Virus record (IMG/VR): IMGVR_UViG_3300005529_000004
Span: 25,260 to 89,259 of that record
Length of the DNA stretch: 64,000 nt
Direction: 5' to 3' (one strand)
Source: a virus
Both the position numbers and the translations under genes were made by a program. Under the pieces are notes generated by a model, which made no database searches, was not told the DNA's origin, and saw nothing but the letters and a program-made list of their open reading frames with translations. This document shows positions 55,055 to 64,000 of the stretch, one piece after another; position 1 is the stretch's first letter; each line of letters starts with the position of its first letter.

Positions 55055-57858
55055 TGCCCGAACTCGGCAAGGCAACCTACTGGCTCGTCCTCAACACGGA
55101 GGAGTACAACCAGGGCTGGAAGCAGGCCCAGGCGACCGCGACAACGGCTACGGACGCGATCGACAAGCAGCTCACCGGGACGGAGGAGCAGCTTCAGCTC
55201 TTCGGCACGACCGCGATGGAGACCGGCGGCAAGGTTTCCGCCGCTGCGGACGAGATGGCCGGGTCGATGGAGGGCGCGGCCGCAAAGGTGGACGAGAGCA
55301 CGGCTGCGATGAGCGGCGGTATGAAGCGCGCGGGCGCTGCCTCGACGCTGGCGGCTGGGGAGAGTGCCGCAGCGTGGCGGAAGAGCACCGCGTCGCTGGC
55401 GGCGGCGGGCAAGCAGAGCATGAAGATGGCGGGCATGGCCGGTCTCGGCCTGGCCTATTTCGTCATCAAGGAGGGCGTGAAGACGCTCAAGGCGAACAAC
55501 CTCGCGCAGCTCCAGCTCAACAACGCGGTCAAGCAGTCCGGCGACATTCAGAACATCAACATCCCGACGATCAGCAGGCTCGCCGACACTTGGATGAAGG
55601 TGGACGGCCAGCAGCGCGCCGTCACGCTGTCGATCGCTGGGATGCTGACCAACTTCCAGCTCATCCGCAACGAGGCCGGGAAGGGCAACGATGTCTTCGA
55701 CCGCTCGGTCAACGTCATCGGTGAGATCTCCGCGAAGATGCAGTCGCTCGGCAAGAACATCAAGACGCCGATGCTCTCCATGATGATCGGCCGCATGCTG
55801 ACCGATCCGGCGAAGGGCATGGCTGCGGCCGGACGCGCCGGAATCAAGTTCTCCGAGACACAGATGGCCGTGGTCAAGCATCTCATCGCGGCCAACAAGG
55901 GCTTCGAGGCGCAGAAGTACATCCTCGGCATCCTGGAGAAGACCTACAAGGGCGCGGGTAAGACGCTCGGCGACTCCTTCACGGGCCAGTGGAACAAGAT
56001 CAAGACGCAGTTCGGCGAGGCCAGCGCGAAGCTCATGACCACGGCGCTGCCGTTCTTCAAGATTCTCGTCGGCTGGCTGGTCAAGGGCGCGACCTGGCTC
56101 TCGAAGCACGTCCAGCTCGTGAAGGCGCTCATCATCGGTTTCGGCGTTCTCTACGGAGTCATCAAGACCCTGGAGATCGCAGCGGCCATCTTCGAGATGA
56201 TCCTGTCGCCCGAGGAGCTGATCGTCGCCGGAATCGCTGCCCTGGTCGCGGTGTTCGTGCTCGCGGTCAAGTACCCGAAGCTGCTTGAGCAGGGACTGGA
56301 AGCAGTAGGCGTCAAGGCGAGTACGGCGAAGAAGATCGTGATGGACCTGCGGAAGGCGTTTGCCTGGGTCCGCATGGAGGCGTTGAAGCTCTGGCCGACG
56401 ATCAAGAAGGCGTTTGAGGCGATCGTCAGCGCGGTCGAGGCAGCGATCGGTCTCATCCGAAAGCACTGGGACGAGATCATGAAGTTCATCAAGATCTACG
56501 TGGACTGGCTGGTGAACTCGATCAAGAACGACCTGCAGATCGTCATCGGCATCTTCCACTTCGTCGGCGACATCCTGCGCGGCAACTGGGGCAACCTCGT
56601 CCACGACCTGGGGCAGATCTTCTGGGGCCTGGTGGACCAGCTCAAGAACGTCGGAAACACCATGATTAAGCTCTTCGAGGCTGTCGGCTCCGCCATCTGG
56701 AACACCATGAAGAGCACGGCGCAGGCCGTCGCCAACGCCTTTATCTCGGCGCTCAACTGGGTCTCGGACATGATCTCGAAGATTCCCATTCCGACGATCC
56801 GCATCCACCACATCCTCGGCATCCCCGTACCCGAGCCGGGCATCACCCACCTCAAGATGGGCCACATCGGGCAGGTCCACTGGGCCGGGCCGTCTGGCCA
56901 CGTGACGACGCATCAGTCGGTGCCCCACGGGATCGGCGCCGGGCATCGCGGTGGCGGCGCGGCGGGGCTGCACGGCGGCAAGAAGGACACCACGAAGATT
57001 CCGGGGTCGAGGTTCGGAGGCGGCGGAATCGGCGGCGTCAATGCAGGCATCGGCAACCTCAAGACCGGCAGCATGACGAAGGCCAAGAAGAAGAAGGGCG
57101 CCAAGCTGGGCGCGGGTGGCATCCTCGGACCCGAGTGGGCAATCCTCTCGATGGGCCTCGACAAGGCCGAGCTGACGAAGGGCCTCGCCGACGACAAGCG
57201 CGCGCTCGACGCCGAGGAGAGGTTCCTCAAGCGCGTGCTCGACAACCACAAGAACAGCCTGAAGATGCGGATGGCGGCGGCGAAGGCTCTGGCCGAGGTC
57301 AACAAGAAGCTCACGTCGCTGCAGGCACAGGTCGTCAAGAACGAGAACCAGACGTTCAACGACCGCATGGCGATCGAACTGGCGAAGGCGTCGCTCCTGG
57401 GCGGAGCGGCAGGCGCCGCGAAGACGGCAGCGGTGCAGGCACAGATTCGCAAGCACGAGCTGGCTATGTACACGGCCGAGGAGGACGCGCTCAAGAAGCG
57501 TCTGAAGGACAAGACGCTCACGCTCCACCAGCAGGCGGAGCTGTGGAAGCAGATCGCGTCCATCGACAAGAAGCGTATCGCGCTGGCGAAGCAGGCGAAC
57601 GCCGATGCCGCTGCCTCGGCGAAGGAGCTGCAGGCAGTCATGGAGCTGCGCGGGTCCTTCTTCTCGGAGTTCGCGGGCAACATCTTTGGCGAGTCTGCAG
57701 GCGGCGGTCTGAGCCTCTCGGTCAACCAGCCTGGCAACGCGCCGTCGAAGACGGTCAAGATCAACCAGAACAACGTCCACCACGAGATTCCGAAGAACCG
57801 GCACTACCACGCTGACCAGGCGCGGCGTCTGTCGCAGGGAGCCTTCGCGGGGATGTAA
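55054..57858 (+). CDS. Tape measure protein
   Basis: 934 aa, Ala-rich helical, LTDPAKGMAA..RAGIKFS, Trp-periodic repeats; follows the chaperones. Confidence 0.9.
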   Translation: MPELGKATYWLVLNTEEYNQGWKQAQATATTATDAIDKQLTGTEEQLQLFGTTAMETGGKVSAAADEMAGSMEGAAAKVDESTAAMSGGMKRAGAASTLAAGESAAAWRKSTASLAAAGKQSMKMAGMAGLGLAYFVIKEGVKTLKANNLAQLQLNNAVKQSGDIQNINIPTISRLADTWMKVDGQQRAVTLSIAGMLTNFQLIRNEAGKGNDVFDRSVNVIGEISAKMQSLGKNIKTPMLSMMIGRMLTDPAKGMAAAGRAGIKFSETQMAVVKHLIAANKGFEAQKYILGILEKTYKGAGKTLGDSFTGQWNKIKTQFGEASAKLMTTALPFFKILVGWLVKGATWLSKHVQLVKALIIGFGVLYGVIKTLEIAAAIFEMILSPEELIVAGIAALVAVFVLAVKYPKLLEQGLEAVGVKASTAKKIVMDLRKAFAWVRMEALKLWPTIKKAFEAIVSAVEAAIGLIRKHWDEIMKFIKIYVDWLVNSIKNDLQIVIGIFHFVGDILRGNWGNLVHDLGQIFWGLVDQLKNVGNTMIKLFEAVGSAIWNTMKSTAQAVANAFISALNWVSDMISKIPIPTIRIHHILGIPVPEPGITHLKMGHIGQVHWAGPSGHVTTHQSVPHGIGAGHRGGGAAGLHGGKKDTTKIPGSRFGGGGIGGVNAGIGNLKTGSMTKAKKKKGAKLGAGGILGPEWAILSMGLDKAELTKGLADDKRALDAEERFLKRVLDNHKNSLKMRMAAAKALAEVNKKLTSLQAQVVKNENQTFNDRMAIELAKASLLGGAAGAAKTAAVQAQIRKHELAMYTAEEDALKKRLKDKTLTLHQQAELWKQIASIDKKRIALAKQANADAAASAKELQAVMELRGSFFSEFAGNIFGESAGGGLSLSVNQPGNAPSKTVKINQNNVHHEIPKNRHYHADQARRLSQGAFAGM

Positions 57859-58364
57859 TGAGCGAGGTCGGCGTTCCTATGACGCTCTCCTCCTCGGCGG
57901 GCACGGTCACCTTCAACGACCTGGATCACGGGGCGGGCCTCGGTCTCCCGGCAGACAACGGCTACCTCGTTCAGTCGGTCATCGGCAACGAGCAGCCGGG
58001 CCTCCGCACGCCGAACGAGAACCGGCCGCACAAGGGTGGTGGCATGATCCACCCGTTCTTTCGGGCCACGAAGCTGATCGTAGTCGAGGGCCTGGTAGTT
58101 GCCACGAAGCCGTGGTGCCGGTCGGTCATGCAGGACCACCTGCAGGCCGTCACCGATCCACTGCTCAAGAACGACGGCACCTTCACCTGGGCGCTCCCTC
58201 CGAAGCCCTACTCCACGACACGGTTCCACACGGTGCGGCTCTACGCGGGCGTCGAGTTCCGGGGCCAGGTCGATTCGCAGCACGGCATGAGCGCCGCGCC
58301 CAAGCTGTTCCACATTGAGATGATCGCCTACAAGCTGGGCGACGATGAAGGGGAGAACTGGTAG
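57858..58364 (+). CDS. Distal tail protein-like (short paralog)
   Basis: Follows TMP; RPHKGGG...KLIVVEG. Confidence 0.65.
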   Translation: MSEVGVPMTLSSSAGTVTFNDLDHGAGLGLPADNGYLVQSVIGNEQPGLRTPNENRPHKGGGMIHPFFRATKLIVVEGLVVATKPWCRSVMQDHLQAVTDPLLKNDGTFTWALPPKPYSTTRFHTVRLYAGVEFRGQVDSQHGMSAAPKLFHIEMIAYKLGDDEGENW

Positions 58365-59314
58365 TGGAAGTCGGCATCCCGACCAGCTTGCTGTCCCAGG
58401 ACTCCGGCGAGATCGTCTTCAACGTCCTCACCGGCGACGCTACCGGACAGGGCCTCTCGGGGCTGGGTGGCTCCGTCTACCCGCAGGGCCTCCCGGATGG
58501 CAACGGCTATCTGCTCACGAACATCGTCGGCGCTGACTCCGCGACGGTTCGCAACCCCTACCACGTCCGGCCGCACTCGCACGGCGGCATCGTCCACCGC
58601 TTCCACCGCGCGTCGAAGATCATCGCGGTCGAAGGAATGATCGTGGCGACGAAGCCAGAGTATCGGCAGCAGATGACCGACTGGCTGCGCCACGTCCTTG
58701 CGGACATGGTCACGGTCGGCGTATTCGGGCAGCCCTCGGACAAGGCAGGCCGCTGGTTCTGGAAGCCTGCGGCGAATCCGGCCGACCTGTCGAACCCGGC
58801 CTATCAGATCCGCTTCCACTCCGTGCATACGCTGACGGGCCTCGACGTCATCGGTCCGGCTGCATCCGAGGGCAGCTCGCCCTCCGGCGTCGCCGGTCCC
58901 AAGACCTTCACGTTCGAGCTGATCGCCGACCGGCCGGAAGCGCTGAGCTACGCGCAGGACTCCACCGACATCGACGGCTTCGGCTCCGGCTTCGTGCCGA
59001 ACGCGGGCAACACGGACACCTGGCCAGTTGTGAAGGTCTACACCGGCGGGCCGTTCACGCTGTTCGGTCCAGGCGGCTATACGCTCATCTGGGGACAGGG
59101 TCCCGACCCCGCTGGCTACTCGATCCTCGGCTCCTACATCGAGGTGGACATGCGCCGCGAGACGATGTTCTGGGACGGCGACGGAGCCAACGCGCTGCGC
59201 TATCTCGACATGGCGAACAGCGACTTCTTCTCGATCCCGCCGGGCGGCGGTGACGTCTCCGCGCTCGGAGCCAGTTCCCTCGGCGTCCTCTCGAACAGCG
59301 CGTGGGTGGGCTAG
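58364..59314 (+). CDS. Distal tail protein
   Basis: RPHSHGG...KIIAVEG; FELIADRP, NAGNTDTWPVV, FFSIPPG. Confidence 0.75.
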   Translation: MEVGIPTSLLSQDSGEIVFNVLTGDATGQGLSGLGGSVYPQGLPDGNGYLLTNIVGADSATVRNPYHVRPHSHGGIVHRFHRASKIIAVEGMIVATKPEYRQQMTDWLRHVLADMVTVGVFGQPSDKAGRWFWKPAANPADLSNPAYQIRFHSVHTLTGLDVIGPAASEGSSPSGVAGPKTFTFELIADRPEALSYAQDSTDIDGFGSGFVPNAGNTDTWPVVKVYTGGPFTLFGPGGYTLIWGQGPDPAGYSILGSYIEVDMRRETMFWDGDGANALRYLDMANSDFFSIPPGGGDVSALGASSLGVLSNSAWVG

Positions 59315-60616
59315 ATGCCGAACAACCCTGTCCAGTGGCGGCTGGTGCTCTGCTCGAACGAGTGGCACGGCGACCACTTCGAGAGTCACTACCTGTCGAT
59401 TCTCGACGGTATCGCGACGGGCATTCAGCTCACGTTCGGGATGAACCGCTCCGCCGAGCTGACGTTCAACGTGCCCTCCGAGGACCCGCGCGTAAACCTG
59501 CAGTACTCCGTGGACGGACTGCCCTACCTGTCCTGCGGGCTGCGCGCGGTCAAGGCATACCGACGCGTCGGCGATGGGCCGGGCGGCTGGGAGCTGAAGT
59601 TCGCCGGGCGCGTCTGGAGCCTGGAGGACCACGGCGACGGCGACACGGTGCAGACGATGGTCACCTGCTACGACCCGCTCAAGATTCTGGAGAAGCGCGC
59701 CGTCCGCGACAAGAACGGTCTCTACTTCCCGAACCCCGGCGCCGGTTCCACGTTCAACCAGATCAAGTTCTGGCGCTCGGTGGATGCGGTGCAGCCGCCG
59801 GACACAGGCGACGGTGGCGTCCATGACATCGGCGACTCGGGAGACTTCGGCGGCTCCTACATCATCAAGAGCCTCATCACGCGCACGATCAAGTATGGCA
59901 ACGGGAACCCCGGTGGTCCGTACGACCCGAAGGCTCAGTGCCACATCGACACCGGCGGCGACTGGGCGGAGACCGCGCCGCTCACGCTGACCTTCGACAC
60001 CGGCGCGACGATCATGGACGCGCTCGCGCAGATTTGCAACACCCTGACCTGCGACCTGAACATGGAGTACCTGGACGTTTTCAACGGAGTCTTCCTCCGA
60101 CTCGGAGCGACGGCTCGGCTCGGCTCCGACAACACGGCGACGATCGTCTACGCGGCTCCTCCCTACTCGGCCTCGGAGTACGACCGTACGATCTCGCTCG
60201 ACGTGATGGCGAACTACGTCCACCTCTTCGGCAAGAAGCAGAAGGGCTACGACGCCGTCGCGAAGGACGAGTCGAAGATGGAGCTGTACAACCTCATGGA
60301 GAACATCGAGAACGTCTCCGACGTCGAGCACGGGAACGTCCTCTCGAAGCTCGCGACCATGAGGCTCGCAATGCAGAAGGACCCGCGCGACCTGATCACG
60401 GTGGTACCGACGCCAGAGGATTCGCCGCTGCCCTGGAACGACTACAACCTCGGCGACACCATCACGATCCAGGCTTCAGCGAACCCGACCTTCCCGCCGA
60501 CCCGCGAGATGGTCAACGGCGTGCAGCGCGTCTATGGCTGGAAGATCACCATCGATGACGACTTCGGCGAGTACGTCTCCGAGCTGGTCGTCTCGCCGCA
60601 GGACGCCACGTCATGA
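59315..60616 (+). CDS. Minor tail / baseplate hub protein
   Basis: Follows Dit; [34 protein letters not shown]. Confidence 0.75.
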   Translation: MPNNPVQWRLVLCSNEWHGDHFESHYLSILDGIATGIQLTFGMNRSAELTFNVPSEDPRVNLQYSVDGLPYLSCGLRAVKAYRRVGDGPGGWELKFAGRVWSLEDHGDGDTVQTMVTCYDPLKILEKRAVRDKNGLYFPNPGAGSTFNQIKFWRSVDAVQPPDTGDGGVHDIGDSGDFGGSYIIKSLITRTIKYGNGNPGGPYDPKAQCHIDTGGDWAETAPLTLTFDTGATIMDALAQICNTLTCDLNMEYLDVFNGVFLRLGATARLGSDNTATIVYAAPPYSASEYDRTISLDVMANYVHLFGKKQKGYDAVAKDESKMELYNLMENIENVSDVEHGNVLSKLATMRLAMQKDPRDLITVVPTPEDSPLPWNDYNLGDTITIQASANPTFPPTREMVNGVQRVYGWKITIDDDFGEYVSELVVSPQDATS

Positions 60617-62118
60617 GCCGGTATATCAACCGGCACGACATCTTCGCGGAGGTCGGGCAGCACAGGCATCGGGTCCACAACACCGAGACGCTCACCGATG
60701 GGCCGTGGATTTACGTCGGCACCTACCCGACCGATCCGGGCACCACTCCCGATTCGCCGGTCTTCGAGAACGGCTGGGGCAACATCGGAACGCTCGACGG
60801 TGGCTCCATTACGCCGATGCGCTTCCGCTGGCGGCTCGACGGCAACATCGACATCGAAGGCGGCGTGGTCGGTGGAGCGCTCGGCACGACGATCTTCACC
60901 CTGCCTCCGGGCTGGCGGCACGACTACGAGATTCGCCTTTCGTGCGTGGACGAGTTCGACAACCACGTCACGATGCAGGTCAAGCCGACCGGGGAGGTCA
61001 TCTGGCATGGCGTCGGTGGTGGCAGCTCGGGAGCTACCGGCGCCACCGGACCGGCGGGTGGCAACACAGGCGCGACCGGCGCAACGGGCGCGACCGGCCC
61101 TGGTGGTGCAACGGGCGCGACGGGTCCGGCCGGGGCGACTGGCGCGACTGGTCCCGCAGGCGCAGACGGATCGCAGGGCGCGACGGGCGCAACGGGACCC
61201 GCCGGGTCGGGCGGCACGGGCGCAACGGGGCCTGCTGGATCGCAGGGAGCAACTGGTGCAACCGGCCCGGCCGGTTCATCGGGAGGCCAGGGCGCAACGG
61301 GCGCGGCTGGGGCTACAGGCGCCACCGGACCGGCTGGTGCCCAGGGCGCCACGGGCGCGGGTACCACGGGCGCTACTGGGCCTCCGGGCACGGACGGCAA
61401 CCCTGGCGCTACGGGCGCTACGGGGCCGCAGGGCGCTACCGGGGCGGGAAGCACCGGCGCAACCGGTCCGAGCGGCACACAGGGCGCTACAGGGGCTACA
61501 GGGCCGAACGGAGCGGCAGGCGCGACCGGCGCTACCGGGCCTGTAGGCGCCCAGGGCGCTACCGGCTCGACCGGCCCGGCCGGTTCGCAGGGAGCGACTG
61601 GCGCTACTGGCCCGCTCGGACTGCCAGGCAGTGATGGCAATCCGGGCGCGACGGGCGCCACCGGCCCGGCTGGGACGACTGGCGGGACTGGCGCCACGGG
61701 TCCCTCGGGAGGCCAGGGCAGCACGGGCGCGACCGGTCCGAGCGGTGGTCAGGGATCGACTGGTGCAACGGGGCCGTCCGGCGGTCAGGGATCGACGGGC
61801 GCAACCGGCCCTGCCGGGACGAACGGCAACACCGGAGCCACCGGCCCGGCTGGGACGAACGGAGCGACCGGCGCGACGGGTCCTCCTGGCACGGACGGGA
61901 ACCCCGGTGCAACGGGCGCGACCGGACCTGCGGGTACGGCAGGCGGAACGGGCGCGACCGGGGCAACGGGACCGGCGGGCACGAACGGCAACACCGGCGC
62001 GACCGGGCCTTCAGGAGGCCAGGGCAACACCGGCGCGACGGGTCCGCAGGGAGCGACGGGAGCCAGCTCCAGCGACAACTCACTCTACAAGCGCGTGTTC
62101 TTGATGATGGGAGGCTAG
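60613..62118 (+). CDS. Collagen-like tail fibre protein
   Basis: About 350 aa of mostly Gly-X-Y repeats dominated by GAT-GAT-GPA; N-domain FENGWGN...IFTLPPGWR. Confidence 0.85.
   Translation: MSRYINRHDIFAEVGQHRHRVHNTETLTDGPWIYVGTYPTDPGTTPDSPVFENGWGNIGTLDGGSITPMRFRWRLDGNIDIEGGVVGGALGTTIFTLPPGWRHDYEIRLSCVDEFDNHVTMQVKPTGEVIWHGVGGGSSGATGATGPAGGNTGATGATGATGPGGATGATGPAGATGATGPAGADGSQGATGATGPAGSGGTGATGPAGSQGATGATGPAGSSGGQGATGAAGATGATGPAGAQGATGAGTTGATGPPGTDGNPGATGATGPQGATGAGSTGATGPSGTQGATGATGPNGAAGATGATGPVGAQGATGSTGPAGSQGATGATGPLGLPGSDGNPGATGATGPAGTTGGTGATGPSGGQGSTGATGPSGGQGSTGATGPSGGQGSTGATGPAGTNGNTGATGPAGTNGATGATGPPGTDGNPGATGATGPAGTAGGTGATGATGPAGTNGNTGATGPSGGQGNTGATGPQGATGASSSDNSLYKRVFLMMGG
61030..62064 (+). 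repeat. Coding Gly-X-Y tandem repeats
   Basis: Degenerate GGCGCGACCGGC-type 9-nt units. Confidence 0.85.
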
Positions 62119-62157
62119 AATCGTGTGCAGTTCAGAGAACAAGGGAGGTGATGAGCG

Positions 62158-62487
62158 ATGCCACTGAAGCCACTCGGACAGTCGAAGCCTGGCGCTGGTG
62201 TGCTGACCGACGTCTACGTCGTGCCGCCGGGGTCGCAGGCTGCGATCTCGTCCGTGATGGTCTGCGAGCAGGCCGGAGGGACGACGTCCTTCCGCATCGG
62301 CGTCGCGCCTGGAGGTGCAGCCGATGACCCGAAGCACTACTTCGCCTTCGACGTGCCGATCACGTCGAACGACGTCGTGGACTTCACGCTCGGGCTGACG
62401 CTGTCCTCGGGCGACGTCCTGCGCTGCTATTCCGCTGCAGGAACGCTGAGCTTCGGCGTTTACGGCGAGGAGCTGTCCTACCCGTAG
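62158..62487 (+). CDS. Fibre-associated beta-sandwich protein
   Basis: KPLGQSKP...DVYVVP...LTLSSGDVL...SFGVYGEE. Confidence 0.65.
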   Translation: MPLKPLGQSKPGAGVLTDVYVVPPGSQAAISSVMVCEQAGGTTSFRIGVAPGGAADDPKHYFAFDVPITSNDVVDFTLGLTLSSGDVLRCYSAAGTLSFGVYGEELSYP

Positions 62488-62490
62488 GCC

Positions 62491-63513
62491 ATGAGCATTA
62501 CCCGTCTCAACCAGCTCGGCGGCGCCCAGGGCGCGACTGGCCCTCCGGGAGCTACGGGTCCCGCTGGATCGTCCCAGGGCGTCGCCGTGGACATTCAGCA
62601 CTACGCGGCTGCCGGAACCTACACCTGGACGAAGCCCTCCGGCGTGACGCTGGTCCGCGTCCTCATGTGGGGAGCTGGCGGCGGCGGAGGCGGAGGTGGA
62701 GGCACGACTGGCACCTCGCGCTCCGGCGGCGGAGGCGGCGGAGGCGGAGCGAAGGTGGACCTGACCTTCGACGCCGGAGATGCCGGATCGACGGTCACTG
62801 TCACGGTCGGCGCAGCAGGTGTCGGAGGCGGACCCGGCAACGCCGGAACGGACGGCACGAACTCGTCCTTCGGGTCACTCGTCATCGCAGGCGCAGGAGG
62901 CGGCGGTGGCGCGGGTGGCAACAGCACGAACCCGAACGGCGGAGGCGGTGGCGGCACCGGCGGTGCTGGCACGAACGGCACGGCTGGCTTCCCCGGCCTG
63001 TCGAATAGCGCGAACCAGTACGCGGGAGCTGGTGCGGGCTGCGGAGGCAACGCTGGCCAGGCTGGTCGGTCGGGTGAGTTCGGCGGCGGTGGCGGCGGCG
63101 CTGGAGCCAACGGCGGGAACGATGGGCGCAAGGCCGGAGGCAGCATTCTCGGCGGTGGCGGTGGCGGCGGTGGCGGCAACTCGTCGGCGGCGAACTCGAA
63201 CCAGGCCGGAGGCGCGGGAGGTGCAGCCGGATCGTTCCTGCCGGTCGGGGCGACCACGTTCAACGTCGGCTCCGAGACTGGTGGCGGTGGCGTCGCGGGA
63301 GGCGGAGACGGAATCGACGGCACTGCTGGCTATGGCGACTACGGCGGCGGAGGCGGTGCTGGCGGTGGCTCGAACGGAACCGGCAACGGTGGTAACGGTG
63401 GCGACGGCGGATTCCCTGGCGGTGGCGGCGGCGGCGGCGGGGCAGGTGCGACGAACCTCGGTGGCAACGGCGGCAACGGTGCCGATGGCAGGGTCACGGT
63501 GTTTTCCTGGTGA
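62491..63513 (+). CDS. Glycine-rich virion fibre protein
   Basis: Short collagen stub, GTYTWTKPSGVTLVRVLMWGAGGGGG, poly-Gly repeats, GADGRVTVFSW. Confidence 0.8.
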   Translation: MSITRLNQLGGAQGATGPPGATGPAGSSQGVAVDIQHYAAAGTYTWTKPSGVTLVRVLMWGAGGGGGGGGGTTGTSRSGGGGGGGGAKVDLTFDAGDAGSTVTVTVGAAGVGGGPGNAGTDGTNSSFGSLVIAGAGGGGGAGGNSTNPNGGGGGGTGGAGTNGTAGFPGLSNSANQYAGAGAGCGGNAGQAGRSGEFGGGGGGAGANGGNDGRKAGGSILGGGGGGGGGNSSAANSNQAGGAGGAAGSFLPVGATTFNVGSETGGGGVAGGGDGIDGTAGYGDYGGGGGAGGGSNGTGNGGNGGDGGFPGGGGGGGGAGATNLGGNGGNGADGRVTVFSW

Positions 63514-64000
63514 GCGTCACTCGGTCCAAGAGCAACTTCGGTGCCCAGGGCGCCACCGGACCGCAGGGTCCACAGGGAGCAACCGGCCCGGCCGGTTCTT
63601 CGAACCCGATCACGAACGTCCAGATCTTCAACGCGACAGGCTACTGGTATCCGCCGACCGGCTGCACGGTGGTCAAGGTCATCCTCTGGGGCGGCGGTGG
63701 CGGTGGTGGCTCCGGCCGCGCATCTGCGGCGTCGGATTCGACGGGTGGATCGGGCGGAGGCGGCGCGGCGAAGGCCGAAGCCACCTTCCGCATCTCGGCG
63801 CTGAGCAACTTCGACTTCATGGGACTGAGCAGTACGGTCTCGGTCCTGAAGCAGGTCAAGGTCACGGTCGGCAAGGGCGGCACCGGAGGCGGGTCGGTCA
63901 TCAACGCGAACGGAGTCGCGGGAGGCGCAGGAGGCACCAGCTCGTTCGGCGCCTACATCTTCGCCTATGGCGGCGGCGGTGGCGGTGGCGGCACGACGTC
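63510..64000 (+). CDS. Glycine-rich virion fibre protein, paralog (truncated by window)
   Basis: GAQGATGPQG...TGYWYPPTGCTVVKVILWGGGGGGG. Confidence 0.75.
   Translation, partial: MSVTRSKSNFGAQGATGPQGPQGATGPAGSSNPITNVQIFNATGYWYPPTGCTVVKVILWGGGGGGGSGRASAASDSTGGSGGGGAAKAEATFRISALSNFDFMGLSSTVSVLKQVKVTVGKGGTGGGSVINANGVAGGAGGTSSFGAYIFAYGGGGGGGGTT

Noticed and set aside
61030-64000. Dense short repeats as a CRISPR array or diversity-generating element
   Set aside because: Repeats are codon-degenerate Gly-X-Y and poly-Gly coding sequence; no constant repeat with unique spacers, no cas gene, no reverse transcriptase

Overview
A 64-kb slice of a high-GC tailed phage (siphovirus-like HK97 capsid and non-contractile tail, probably infecting an actinobacterium). 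No host genes, integrase, terminase or portal are recognisable in the window. Leftward arm (1-11.3 kb): PolA, an Rnl2-type RNA ligase, a sigma-70 factor, an HTH protein, a primase-helicase, an iteron-like putative origin and a DNA methylase. Rightward arm: a 2H-phosphoesterase/XkdF prohead-protease fusion, a VIT1-like membrane protein, three tRNAs, Rnl1 plus Pnkp, several candidate small RNAs (one is a circularly permuted tRNA mimic, YrlA/Y-RNA-like), a HAD/RelA-SpoT-like fusion, lysis enzymes, scaffold and major capsid protein. It continues with a 9-enzyme glycosylation operon directly after the capsid gene, an amidoligase/GATase/DNA ligase/GGDEF block, and neck/tail genes ending in Thr-rich collagen-like and Gly-rich fibres. 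Two regulatory grammars are visible: a 4-copy palindrome+promoter cassette and many leaderless TAGACT-type promoters. The best candidates for undescribed systems are phage-encoded glycosylation of virion or collagen fibre, a set of nucleotide-signalling enzymes (2H-protease, GGDEF, HAD-RelA) and the non-coding RNA set. All calls come from motif recognition by eye; no searches were run.
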